This document shows, in pieces, positions 1-9,387 of a DNA stretch of 64,000 nucleotides. Under the pieces are notes generated by a model. The model saw only the letters and a list, made by a program, of their open reading frames with translations, was not told the DNA's origin and searched no databases. Location: sequence record OL615011; one strand, written 5' to 3'. Position 1 is the stretch's first letter. Each line of letters begins with the position of its first letter. The translations under genes and the position numbers were made by a program. The DNA comes from Shigella phage vB_SboS_Gloob.

Positions 1-159
1 ACCCTCTTGGCAGATCATGCCGATGCCATATTCCTCCCAGATTTTACGATTGTCAAAGAACTCCAGAGTCTGCTCCGGACTCAGCTCAATCGCTTGTTTG
101 GTGTGGCACACCTGTTTGGTGGCCTGCACCAGGCCAGCCATAAAATCATTGTGTAACAT
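1..159 (-). CDS. hypothetical protein, 3' end truncated by window edge
   Basis: Minus-strand ATG at 157-159 opens frame MLHNDFMAGLVQATKQVCH... that runs off the window start; lies directly downstream of gp41 in the same orientation. Confidence 0.35.
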   Translation of the reverse strand, partial: MLHNDFMAGLVQATKQVCHTKQAIELSPEQTLEFFDNRKIWEEYGIGMICQEG

Positions 160-221
160 GATGTGCTCCTGGTTTAACATTCAGATCATAGAATTATACC
201 CTATGACCCACTATATTGAAT

Positions 222-1655
222 TTAACCGAAATTCCAATTATTGACTGTTTGGGCTTTCTGCTCATCGCTCGCCGCCGAACCTGACTTGTTGAGGTCATGT
301 TTGATGTGTACATTCTCAACATATTTGGCCTCAGCCTCAGTCAGGTCCTTCTTAACTTCATTCCAATCCAGGTCAAACAGGATCTGTTTGTCTTGGTCCA
401 TACCAAACAGGAATGACTTCAGCTTTTGCTTGTTGGCATAACGGTTCTTGAGTATTGAGGCTCGGGCTTTCTTGACCGCCGCCAGTTCGTCAGGAGCATA
501 GAATGCCATGATGAAGTCGGCCACCTTCGGGATACCGATAGCATCTGCCAGGTCACTGATTCCACCATCCGTGCTATTCTGATTCTCACGATTGAACTGC
601 ATGCCAGTCCATACAGGGACATCAAACTCAAATCCCAGCGCACGAAACTCACGAGCCACAGACGTGTAATAGACGTTTGTGTTCTGCATCAGGTGGGCAG
701 GCAGGCGCGAGGAAGCAGCTTCACCAAGGTAGTCAATGATGATGACGTCAGGGGCGCGGCCTGTTGCTTGGATGTACTCAAGGATGTCGCGGCGGAATAA
801 ACCTGTGTGCCCAGCGCCGGACGGATATTCCTTGATGACGATATCACCCTTGGGTGCACCATCTTGGCGACTGCGGAGCTTCTCTATCGTGGCGATGTAC
901 TCGTGCCTTGTGAGTTTCTCTAAAGACTCAAAGTCGCGACGCATGATACGGGCATCAAGACGGTGTCGCCAGACGTTCTCGGCCACTTCGAGGGTGAATA
1001 CAAAGACGTTCAGCCCCTGCTCCGAGTACCCTGCGGTCAGGTCAATCAGCGTTGTGGTCTTACCTGCGTTGATCGCGCCTGTTACGATGTTCAGTGTCTT
1101 CTTACCAACGCCGCCGCGCGTCGCCTTGTTGAAGATCTCAACCGCGAACGGGATCTTGGCCTCGTTGGAGTTCATATGGTCATACTGCTCTGCCGCCATC
1201 TCCCAATAGATGTGGCCGAGGTATGAATCAAACCGGATCGCCAGGGCTTCCTGCAACAGGGTCGGGATGTTGTTCATCTCGTCCTTGCGCTTCTCATCCC
1301 CATAGATGTTGACGGCGGTCTTGATTGCGTTATGTACAGCCTTTTGCCGCGCCCAGGTCTCTGTTTCCTTCGCCAGCCACTCTTCATTGAAGGTGTTGTC
1401 GTTGATGTTCTCCAGGGCAGATACCGCCTGGTCAAACACATATTCGTTCAGCTTTGTCCGTTCAAGAATGATAGACAGTGCTTCGATGGACGGACGGGCA
1501 TTGTACTCTGCGGCATAACTGTCAATCAGGCCAAAGATAACCTTTTCGCCTTCGTTGTCAAAATAATCGGCTTTCAGGTACGGCAGGATCTTTCTTTGAT
1601 AATCTTCATTGTAAATCAACTGTGAAAGCACGACAGATTCGAGTAACATTGGCAA
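222..1655 (-). CDS. 41: DnaB-like replicative DNA helicase (T4 gp41 family)
   Basis: 477 aa; Walker A GAINAGKTT and RecA-like core; size matches T4 gp41; sits next to uvsX as in T4. Confidence 0.9.
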   Translation of the reverse strand: MPMLLESVVLSQLIYNEDYQRKILPYLKADYFDNEGEKVIFGLIDSYAAEYNARPSIEALSIILERTKLNEYVFDQAVSALENINDNTFNEEWLAKETETWARQKAVHNAIKTAVNIYGDEKRKDEMNNIPTLLQEALAIRFDSYLGHIYWEMAAEQYDHMNSNEAKIPFAVEIFNKATRGGVGKKTLNIVTGAINAGKTTTLIDLTAGYSEQGLNVFVFTLEVAENVWRHRLDARIMRRDFESLEKLTRHEYIATIEKLRSRQDGAPKGDIVIKEYPSGAGHTGLFRRDILEYIQATGRAPDVIIIDYLGEAASSRLPAHLMQNTNVYYTSVAREFRALGFEFDVPVWTGMQFNRENQNSTDGGISDLADAIGIPKVADFIMAFYAPDELAAVKKARASILKNRYANKQKLKSFLFGMDQDKQILFDLDWNEVKKDLTEAEAKYVENVHIKHDLNKSGSAASDEQKAQTVNNWNFG

Positions 1656-1985
1656 CTACCCCACCAAAAATTTATTGTATTCCTGAGCATTACGCTGCAT
1701 GAGGGTTACAAGGATATCCCCTGTCACCTCAGTGAACAAGTCATTTTCTTTCAAATTCACAAACATCAGACGTAATGGTTTCTTCAATATATCGGTCACG
1801 AAAGACAGGCGGGGTTCGCCGTCCACTTCGTTGATGGCAACCTTGCCGAACCGGAATTGAACGCCACGGAATTTGCCAGAAGTGATCTTGATGATCGCCA
1901 GCTGATCAGCACCAGGGTCGATGATTGTGTAGTTATTGGGGGAGTTGCCTCCCCCTCCGTTGTCACTCGGATGTGTTGATAACAT
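1656..1985 (-). CDS. hypothetical small protein in the position of T4 gene 40
   Basis: ORF between uvsX and gp41; likely start at MLSTHP overlapping the uvsX 3' end; no recognisable motif. Confidence 0.35.
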   Translation of the reverse strand: MLSTHPSDNGGGGNSPNNYTIIDPGADQLAIIKITSGKFRGVQFRFGKVAINEVDGEPRLSFVTDILKKPLRLMFVNLKENDLFTEVTGDILVTLMQRNAQEYNKFLVG

Positions 1986-3048
1986 GGTCCATCTGCTCCA
2001 GCATGTTCGCAGGCATAACAGTACCGTTAGAAACACCGAACATCTTCTTCACGTCATCGGCGAAGTCGACATTCTCCAGAAGCGGATACCAGAAATCATC
2101 ATCCATCTGACGCTTCTGATATTTCTTTTCCTTCTCAGGATCGAAGCCGCCCTTGGCTGTACGCACATACCAGCCGGAAGACGGCATATCAACGTAACCC
2201 AGAGCACGAGCGATCTCAAGCAGGCCGCTCCAGCGGTCAATGCCACCGTCGTACAGCACCGTCACAGGGAGCTTGGCTTTCTCTTTGACATGGCGACCTT
2301 TCATGATGCCGATATTGAAGTTCCAGCCCAACAGATCTTTGTCTTCCTTCACCTGAGAACGGGTGATGAACCAGATCAGGTTGGACGACAGGAAGCCCTG
2401 CTTGCCGCCTTTGATGTTAGGCTCGGCATACTGGTTGCCGATCTCGTCATAGTAGGAGTTGATCCACACCAGAACGAGTTCTTTGCTGTTGATTTCGGGA
2501 GTAATGACACGCCAGAAGCTGTTGAGAGCACGGGCGCGGGTCATATCCTGTGTATCTTTACCAGCGATGGCGTCTTCAACTTCTTTGGTAGACGGCAACT
2601 GGCTGATTGAGTCGATGAACACGATGACCTTGTCACCCTTCTTGACTTCCTGAAGGATTTGCAACAGGCGGATCTTGGTCTGCTCAACGTTGTCAATCGG
2701 CACGTACAGGACGCGATCCATGTCAATACCCATAGACGTCCAGTAATCGGCGTTGGCACCCTTTTCCGAGTCCGCAAAGACGCAAATAGCATCAGGGAAC
2801 TTGTCCATGTACGCCTTGACATCTACCAGACCGAACATCGTTTTGAAGGTACGGGAATCACCCACCATCATCTTGATACCGGAGATCAAGCCGCCGTCAA
2901 TACGCCCAGACCAGGCGATGTCAATCAGGGGAATACCAGTAGAACAGATGATAGACGGTTCCAGCGCGTCGGATTGGGACAGCACTGAAGCCTGGTCGTC
3001 ATGTTTCTTGGCAACCTTCAGCATGCGGTCCATTAATGAACTGGCCAT
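1963..3048 (-). CDS. uvsX: UvsX RecA-like recombinase
   Basis: 361 aa; Walker A-like GDSRTFKT, RecA-fold core, conserved position upstream of gene 41. Confidence 0.9.
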   Translation of the reverse strand: MASSLMDRMLKVAKKHDDQASVLSQSDALEPSIICSTGIPLIDIAWSGRIDGGLISGIKMMVGDSRTFKTMFGLVDVKAYMDKFPDAICVFADSEKGANADYWTSMGIDMDRVLYVPIDNVEQTKIRLLQILQEVKKGDKVIVFIDSISQLPSTKEVEDAIAGKDTQDMTRARALNSFWRVITPEINSKELVLVWINSYYDEIGNQYAEPNIKGGKQGFLSSNLIWFITRSQVKEDKDLLGWNFNIGIMKGRHVKEKAKLPVTVLYDGGIDRWSGLLEIARALGYVDMPSSGWYVRTAKGGFDPEKEKKYQKRQMDDDFWYPLLENVDFADDVKKMFGVSNGTVMPANMLEQMDHVINTSE

Positions 3049-3575
3049 TTCACTTCCTCTTTATTGTTGATCGTCGTTAATAATTCTACACCCATAACCT
3101 TCTGGGACAAAATGTTAACCGCCTCTTGGATGCTCTTCAGAGACATCATCTCAACAGGCGACGGTGCGTCATTATGTCGGTCGGTTAGGTACATATTGCG
3201 CAGATTGTTGTAGTTCGTGCGGTTGATGCACGCAGCGTTCAGCGCAATATTCAGGATATACATCATCTGTTCAATGGTTACATCCTTTGGCATGGCGTGG
3301 ATGTAATAGATCGAACCTTCGAAGTAGACGTCCACCAGTTCCTCTGGTATCTCGACGCCACCGCTGGCATACTCTTCGATCATCCTGAACAGAGACTCTG
3401 GTTGCTCGCTGGCGATCTTATGCGTGACAGTCGCCGAAAGACCATCACCCAGTTTAACAGGCCTGGTGTATTCAGTGATGAATACATTATGACCGCCGCC
3501 GATGATGTGCTCGGCGAAATTAGCGGATGCGTTCGCCGCGTTGTCTGCATGATATGAAACGACGACTGTAAACAT
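3033..3575 (-). CDS. hypothetical protein
   Basis: 181 aa from MFTVVVSYHADNA; start overlaps stop of upstream gene (TAATG), so translationally coupled to the nucleotide-metabolism genes. Confidence 0.45.
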   Translation of the reverse strand: MFTVVVSYHADNAANASANFAEHIIGGGHNVFITEYTRPVKLGDGLSATVTHKIASEQPESLFRMIEEYASGGVEIPEELVDVYFEGSIYYIHAMPKDVTIEQMMYILNIALNAACINRTNYNNLRNMYLTDRHNDAPSPVEMMSLKSIQEAVNILSQKVMGVELLTTINNKEEVKWPVH

Positions 3576-4120
3576 TAGAACTCCAGGGTCAGAGGGGTTT
3601 CTGTGGACTTGTCGTAATCCGCGCCGCCAGCAGCACGCAGACGATTGCGATCGTTCTTGCGCTTGTGTGCCAGCATGTAGGTTTCGGCATCCAGTCCCAA
3701 ATAACCACAAGCATACGCAAGGAAAGCAGCCAGCACATTGCGCTCTGGATGAGACATAAAATGCGTGAACAGATTTGTCACATGGAGGAAATCTGGCTTT
3801 CTCTGAATAGGTTGGTCAGACACATAACCCGTCATGTCGTACATATCATGCGGCTCCGCTTCTTTTTGTATAACGGCACACAGCATGAAGTGGACGACAT
3901 CGACCAATTCGTAAACCGCATTGACTTGGTGCCATTGCTGGTCTTTACCATAGATCTTCCAGCTGGTCGAAACTTCGTCAAGGAACTCTGCCCACTCGCG
4001 GTAGATAGAGTTTACCACCGCGACTTCGGTCCAATGCTTCTGCCACTCTTCCCCAAAGTAGGCCACGTTGGTGGCCTTTTGGAGTTCGAGCAGGCTTTTG
4101 ATATGCCCTGCTGTGATCAT
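3575..4120 (-). CDS. MazG-like all-alpha NTP pyrophosphatase (candidate dCTPase/dUTPase/dTTPase, T4 gp56 analogue)
   Basis: 181 aa; acidic metal-binding motifs EFLDE and ELVDVVHF typical of MazG/HisE-type NTP-PPases; overlaps both neighbours. Confidence 0.5.
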   Translation of the reverse strand: MITAGHIKSLLELQKATNVAYFGEEWQKHWTEVAVVNSIYREWAEFLDEVSTSWKIYGKDQQWHQVNAVYELVDVVHFMLCAVIQKEAEPHDMYDMTGYVSDQPIQRKPDFLHVTNLFTHFMSHPERNVLAAFLAYACGYLGLDAETYMLAHKRKNDRNRLRAAGGADYDKSTETPLTLEF

Positions 4121-4686
4121 TTACGTTCTCCGTAGAATTTAACGAACGGTGCCCAACCATCAAATGGATTGAGGAATTCGTAGTCCACTTCCATCTTATC
4201 AATGAAAGCCTCTATATCGTCCTCTATGATACCAGCGCGGTCGGCCTTTGAAATGCGGGTGATAGGACATTTCGTACTCAGCGCCCACTCATATTCCTGA
4301 GGGGTGCGCAGATCGCTCACGATATAATGTACATGAGGGTTCTGCTCCACCAGAGGAAGCTGGAAGCGCTTGAAGAATGCCAGGAACAGATCAGGCTGTA
4401 CGTAACGCAAGCCCGTATCGCTGCCGAGATGAAGCCAGATCTGCCGTGGGGTTAAGCCCTTGGGGTTATCAGGGTGGATGTAAGGAACGTCCTTCACGGC
4501 ATCCTCTACCTCCGCTGGCAGCCACGGGTAAATGTAGTTGGCGACCCGGCGCAGTTCATCTGAGAACGAAAGGCGCTGGATATCCATATCACCCTGTAGA
4601 TGGTGATAGCTGATGAGGGACTCCAAACAGAAGTCCTTACCGGAGCGCTTGCGCCCCGTAAAGAATTCAAGGTTCGGGTACATCAT
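4117..4686 (-). CDS. deoxynucleoside monophosphate kinase (T4 gp1 family)
   Basis: 189 aa; P-loop GRKRSGKD characteristic of T4-type dNMP kinases; start/stop overlaps with neighbours. Confidence 0.7.
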   Translation of the reverse strand: MMYPNLEFFTGRKRSGKDFCLESLISYHHLQGDMDIQRLSFSDELRRVANYIYPWLPAEVEDAVKDVPYIHPDNPKGLTPRQIWLHLGSDTGLRYVQPDLFLAFFKRFQLPLVEQNPHVHYIVSDLRTPQEYEWALSTKCPITRISKADRAGIIEDDIEAFIDKMEVDYEFLNPFDGWAPFVKFYGERK

Positions 4687-5729
4687 ACCACACCTTCCAG
4701 GAACTTAGGATCAACAATCTTGCGGTCAACCGGAGAATGGGTGAGCGCAATGTTCAAACCATGATCCTGAATCCGGTTCATGTTGATGAGCTTATCGTTC
4801 AGTTTGCAGTACAGGCAGTATGCCATTTGCATGATCAAGCCACGATCAGCATCATATTCCTTCAGGTGAGCAACCAAAGTTTCCCACGGGCTACCGATAT
4901 CACAATGATGAAGTACACCAGTGAACAGATTGCGGATATGGTTCTGGTTGGTCACGTTCTTGAAGTGGATCATGGAGTTGATGAACCCAGCTTCTACTTT
5001 GGTGTCCTTCGTGATCTTACCCAGCTGCTTCTGGCTGACTTCATTGTTGTAGTAATGAAGATTGTTGGAGAAGAGCTTGTACTGACCGACATCAACATCC
5101 AGCACCTGAGCAATCACTTCTTGAAGAATAGAGAACTCAATGAAGTTGATTGAACTCATACCCCACAGAACATCTTGCGAGCGGTTGATGACCGTCAGGT
5201 TCAGGCGACCTTCAACGATGGCGAACAACAGAGCCAGGTTACACACCATGTCTTTAGTCTTCGCTTCGCCACTCTCGCTGAACTTCGCCAGGCCAGCATC
5301 TGAATCCAGAGCCGGGTCATAGATGGTGAGGTACGCCTGGCGAGTGTTTGGGTTCTTGCGCAGACGGTTGATGACGCTATCCAGCTGGCCATGGGCGTAC
5401 AGACGCGGACCATAAGCGGCTCGCCATGTTACCCCATCATCCGAAAAGTTAGCAGCGCGAGGCAATACGCGTGACAGGAACTTTATGTCGTTGCGGCCTG
5501 ACAACACCCAGAAGGTCTCCCCAATAGCTGCGATAGCCGATGAGTTGCGACCTTCAACGGAGAGCCAGCGGTCACGAATATCGGAAACAGTGATCGTCAC
5601 ACCATCAAGGAAGCGGGTGCCGTCCGTGTTGATCTCCGCGTTACCAGGGTCCGACTCAATCCCGTATTCGCGGATAGCCAAGACAGCCTGTTTCAGCATG
5701 TCATTGTTGTTAATTGCTTTGATTTCCAT
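4683..5729 (-). CDS. thymidylate synthase-family pyrimidine hydroxymethylase (dUMP or dCMP hydroxymethylase candidate)
   Basis: 348 aa; TS-fold motifs ETFWVLSGRN (cf. ELLWFLKG), nucleophile Cys in VCNLALLF, NRSQDVLWG (cf. YQRSxDxxLG); lacks canonical ThyA PCHxxxQF context. Confidence 0.7.
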   Translation of the reverse strand: MEIKAINNNDMLKQAVLAIREYGIESDPGNAEINTDGTRFLDGVTITVSDIRDRWLSVEGRNSSAIAAIGETFWVLSGRNDIKFLSRVLPRAANFSDDGVTWRAAYGPRLYAHGQLDSVINRLRKNPNTRQAYLTIYDPALDSDAGLAKFSESGEAKTKDMVCNLALLFAIVEGRLNLTVINRSQDVLWGMSSINFIEFSILQEVIAQVLDVDVGQYKLFSNNLHYYNNEVSQKQLGKITKDTKVEAGFINSMIHFKNVTNQNHIRNLFTGVLHHCDIGSPWETLVAHLKEYDADRGLIMQMAYCLYCKLNDKLINMNRIQDHGLNIALTHSPVDRKIVDPKFLEGVV

Positions 5730-6403
5730 TAATCGATACTCCCAAAATCACGACAGAGGAATGCCATTACAGCCTGGTCTACTGTTAGACCGTGAGACTT
5801 CATCATACCTGCGGCCACCGTAGGGAACAAGCCTTTATGGCGCTGGCGATGGTCTTGAACACGCTCCCACTTCTCTACCACGAGGCTTTCATTGAAGTCC
5901 GCGCCGCCGTTGCGTGATTTAACACGGGCGATGCACGTTTCAAGAGGGGTGTCCATGAAGAGAACAACCAGTTCGCGCGGTGGGCGCGTCAGGCGGGGGA
6001 TCCAGGAACTCAGTAGAGTTGAAGGGATGATGCCTTCGAAGATCACATCGTATACCTGATATTCAGGTAGATCAGCGATGCTCAGGGCGAAGAGCATTTG
6101 TTCAGTGTCCTTCAGGGAATCAACTCCCTTGGACTTTGACTTGTCATATTTGCCGATACACACCACGTTGAATGACGGGCAGACCGTCAACATAATCTTG
6201 CCGTCATGTGTCACAACATACGCCTGAGGATCCCTCTCCGCCAGCTGAGACGGTACGGTGGATTTGCCGCTACCATTGGAGCCTTTGACGTAATAGAGTT
6301 GCCCTCGTGCTGGGTAGATCCCCTTTACGACGGGTGGTTTAATGAATGTGTGGACGGGGCGCTTGAGCAACCCCTTGAGGGAGTAGGACATAGACTGCTC
6401 CAA
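5729..6403 (-). CDS. P-loop kinase (candidate 5-hydroxymethyl-pyrimidine DNA or nucleotide kinase)
   Basis: 224 aa; Walker A GSNGSGKST; first gene of the overlapping operon. Confidence 0.45.
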   Translation of the reverse strand: MEQSMSYSLKGLLKRPVHTFIKPPVVKGIYPARGQLYYVKGSNGSGKSTVPSQLAERDPQAYVVTHDGKIMLTVCPSFNVVCIGKYDKSKSKGVDSLKDTEQMLFALSIADLPEYQVYDVIFEGIIPSTLLSSWIPRLTRPPRELVVLFMDTPLETCIARVKSRNGGADFNESLVVEKWERVQDHRQRHKGLFPTVAAGMMKSHGLTVDQAVMAFLCRDFGSID

Positions 6404-6465
6404 TAAACAAAAGGAGCTGCTATTATAGCAGCCCCTTCATCTATTGAACAGCTTCTGAACTTAAA

Positions 6466-7331
6466 TTACGCGGCGGCTTTCGCTTCGGCCAGCGCCTGAG
6501 GCAACCATGCGTTGATTGCTTTGACCAGAGACTCAGCATCGGCCTCTTTGATCTTCTGGCGTTTGGTGAAGGACTTGCCGTTCACGTACAGACTGAAGCC
6601 CCAGCCGCCGGAAACGATAGGCGCGACGTCAACGTATGTGTTGGTGCGGGCGTGCAGGTTTTCAGGGTTGGCCAGTTCGGTGACCGGGAACTGGAACCAG
6701 CGCATGTCTGGGTTCACGTAGCTCAGGAACACACCTGGGACAACTCCTGCTTCAATCGCAGCCAAGACCGGACCGTGGGTAGATGCACGGGCGGCGTCAA
6801 CCATTTCTTCACGTTTGGTATGACGGCGTTTACGCTCTTCCAGCGCCGCCTGCGGGGTCAGGGTCTTACCCTTCGCCGCTTCTTTCAGCATAGAAGACGC
6901 CAGGGAACCTACTTTCGCGTCGGACGGCTGATTACCTTCTTCCAGCGCTGCGTTGACTGCGTCTTTAACCGCGTCTACCGGGGCGTCAGACACTGGGGCT
7001 TCACCTGCGTCGGCGTTACCAGCACCAGCGGTTGCGTCGGCAGAGATCGGCGCTTCAGCATCAACGGTTTCAGCGTCTTTCAGGGATACTTCAGCGTGGG
7101 CTTGCTCTTGGGCTTGCGCCAGAGCCTGCTGAGTTTCTTCCTTCTCTTCAGCGCTCAGACCTTCAATCAGTTCGAAGCCGTTGGCGGACTGAAGAACGCC
7201 TTCCACCATACGGCGCAGGGTAACGTTGCCGATCATCAGGCCTGCTTCTTTGATTTCAGCCTGGATAGCCGTAACGTCTTTGCCTTCAATTTCAATTTTG
7301 GTTCCAGAATCTACATGAAGAATATATGACA
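6466..7331 (-). CDS. hypothetical protein with acidic Ala-rich low-complexity linker
   Basis: Likely start MSYILHVDSG; central Ala/Glu/Asp-rich segment; sigma70-like promoter upstream. Confidence 0.5.
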
Positions 7332-7399
7332 TAATAAAAACCCTTTCGTTATTAAGACCGTCTTCGCGGCATATTGCTGTTCTGACCGTGTAGTGAGAA

Positions 7400-7432
7400 C
7401 ATAATATACTGCATTTTTCATAAATGTAAACC
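7400..7432 (-). promoter_or_regulatory. sigma70-like early promoter (TTTACA, 16 nt spacer, TATATT)
   Basis: Read on minus strand upstream of CDS 6466-7331. Confidence 0.35.
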
Positions 7433-7508
7433 ACTTTTTATTGAAAAGAAGTTTACACCTTAGTGTTAAACCGCGCCCAGCCAAGCGGAGCGCGAACTTG
7501 CGTGAATA

Positions 7509-7802
7509 TTAACTTTCAACGTCAATATTGAAAACCATTTCCGGTGGCCAACAAGTTGTTAGCTCGACTTTTGCGAACCGTGGTTGGCAGTACGCATCAA
7601 CTGACTCATCAAACAGACAGTGTTCTACATTTGCGACCATCAGATCATCATCCAGCACTTCAACAGAATGGACAATGATCTTGTGGTCATACGTCAGGCA
7701 ACCGTCTAAATGCATGTTGTCAGCGCGGAGGTGCTGCATGATGAAATACTCTATGATCGACTCAAGGACAGTCGTCAGCTTCAGATAACGTTTCATACAC
7801 AC
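7509..7802 (-). CDS. hypothetical protein
   Basis: 97 aa ORF in operon orientation. Confidence 0.4.
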   Translation of the reverse strand: MCMKRYLKLTTVLESIIEYFIMQHLRADNMHLDGCLTYDHKIIVHSVEVLDDDLMVANVEHCLFDESVDAYCQPRFAKVELTTCWPPEMVFNIDVES

Positions 7803-7816
7803 CTCACACAGTGGGG

Positions 7817-8566
7817 TTATTTGGACAGGTAGAAGTTTGGAACTTCAGGGAAATGCTCTGGTAGACATTCCCCCAGAATATCCTGCTTCACCTTCCCTTC
7901 GATATCTTCGCGGATCCGACGAATTACGTCTTCCTGTTGTTCTATCGCCATCACTTCTTCCATGGCGGAGTACAAGTTGTCTAGAATGACACCTACGTAG
8001 TTGTGGATGGCACGACAGGAGTTCTGGTCATACTCCATATCTGGATGAATCGCCAGGTCGACCTGATCACGCCCTACCAGCAGATGTCCAGACACCAGAT
8101 TTATCGGGTATTGGAATACTTCACCAGATTTGACAGCAACTCCGTCGGCTTGCTTCAGCAGGAATTCGGTTTCAGAGAAGCGTTCAAGTAGTTCCGGTGG
8201 GAATACCATATCGAGATTCTGACGCTTGCGACTAAAGAAGTACAGACAATGCGCCAGTTTCAGGCATGCATCGGTGGCCATCTTCATATGTGCTTTAGCG
8301 TGTTCATAACCAGCGATCACATCACGGACATAATCGTACAGGTCGGCATGACCAAAACGGATGTCCTCTTCGAAGCGGATTGCCGCCTCGCTGTCTGATT
8401 TCAAACCCAGCACGTCAAAGATGTTGTGTTCACGGACGGATCTGCCTTTGCGATCAAAGCCTAGAACACAACCGACTTCGAATCCACTCTTTTCAAAATT
8501 TGGGAGTTTCATATCAAGGCGAGCTGGGGTGAATTCCAACCCGAACATACGATAAATTTGTGACAT
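7817..8566 (-). CDS. hypothetical protein
   Basis: 249 aa ORF, no recognised motif. Confidence 0.45.
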   Translation of the reverse strand: MSQIYRMFGLEFTPARLDMKLPNFEKSGFEVGCVLGFDRKGRSVREHNIFDVLGLKSDSEAAIRFEEDIRFGHADLYDYVRDVIAGYEHAKAHMKMATDACLKLAHCLYFFSRKRQNLDMVFPPELLERFSETEFLLKQADGVAVKSGEVFQYPINLVSGHLLVGRDQVDLAIHPDMEYDQNSCRAIHNYVGVILDNLYSAMEEVMAIEQQEDVIRRIREDIEGKVKQDILGECLPEHFPEVPNFYLSK

Positions 8567-8629
8567 GTTATAGCCTCATTGTTGAAGGATTACCCGTTCA
8601 CGAATTATCCCTCGGAACGGGTTATAGAA

Positions 8630-9334
8630 CTATTTCTTCTTATGCATCCGACGCGCATCTTTCCAAACAGACATCTGACTCTGTTTCTGGAAGCGAGCGG
8701 TGCGCATGAAGAGGACGATCTCCCAGTACTGTGGCTCGATCTCATAGAGCTGAGTGCGGAAGCGGTCGGCGCGGTACAGCTTCACACAGTGATTGTACAG
8801 CGGGTGGTTGGCGAACCGCTTCAGAGCATCCCAAGTGAGCTTCAGACGCGTCTTTGAGCGGTACGCCCGTTCGTTGCGCAACTTGATGAGATCTTCGAAC
8901 ACTAACAGCCTGAGCTTCGGTGGGAGGTAATGCATGTTCAGTCCCCAGAGGTATGTCACGCCCTTCTCTCCAAAGGTGATTCCATCACCCTTGGCAAAGT
9001 TGAAGAAGAACACCAGAGGATACATATCCCAGTACGGCAGTTCGTCCTTCGTCAGAGCATCGTATTTGAAATAGAACATGCGCCCGACCATATACCGCAC
9101 ACCCTGTACGGGACGCTTGTGATCAGCGAACGCCTGTTTCATATGGTTGGGAGTCAGGTTGGCGTCCTTAGACACACGCTCCATGAACCACACATGCGAA
9201 CGGCGGATGTTGCGCTTCGCCTCTGGACCGAAGTGTTGGCGGTACTTTCGGATGTATCGCTTGACGAGTTCAGGGGCGTCCATCTCGGCCGGAAACAGCA
9301 ACGGATCTTCTTCGCCAGCTGCATTCTTTGCCAT
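8630..9334 (-). CDS. conserved hypothetical protein
   Basis: 234 aa; basic termini; divergent from gp54-like gene. Confidence 0.5.
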   Translation of the reverse strand: MAKNAAGEEDPLLFPAEMDAPELVKRYIRKYRQHFGPEAKRNIRRSHVWFMERVSKDANLTPNHMKQAFADHKRPVQGVRYMVGRMFYFKYDALTKDELPYWDMYPLVFFFNFAKGDGITFGEKGVTYLWGLNMHYLPPKLRLLVFEDLIKLRNERAYRSKTRLKLTWDALKRFANHPLYNHCVKLYRADRFRTQLYEIEPQYWEIVLFMRTARFQKQSQMSVWKDARRMHKKK

Positions 9335-9344
9335 TTGTCAACTC

Positions 9345-9352
9345 CTATAAAT
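9345..9352 (+). promoter_or_regulatory. T4-type late promoter TATAAATA
   Basis: Exact TATAAATA 36 nt upstream of GTG start at 9388, with GGAG RBS between. Confidence 0.6.
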
Positions 9353-9387
9353 AACAACAGTTATCTTATTTAAGTGGAGTCCTCACC

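Noticed and set aside
736-1209. 157-aa plus-strand ORF
   Set aside because: Antisense within gp41 helicase
6652-7329. 225-aa plus-strand ORF
   Set aside because: Antisense to CDS 6466-7331 in its repetitive Ala/Glu-rich segment; Arg/Phe-rich composition, no RBS
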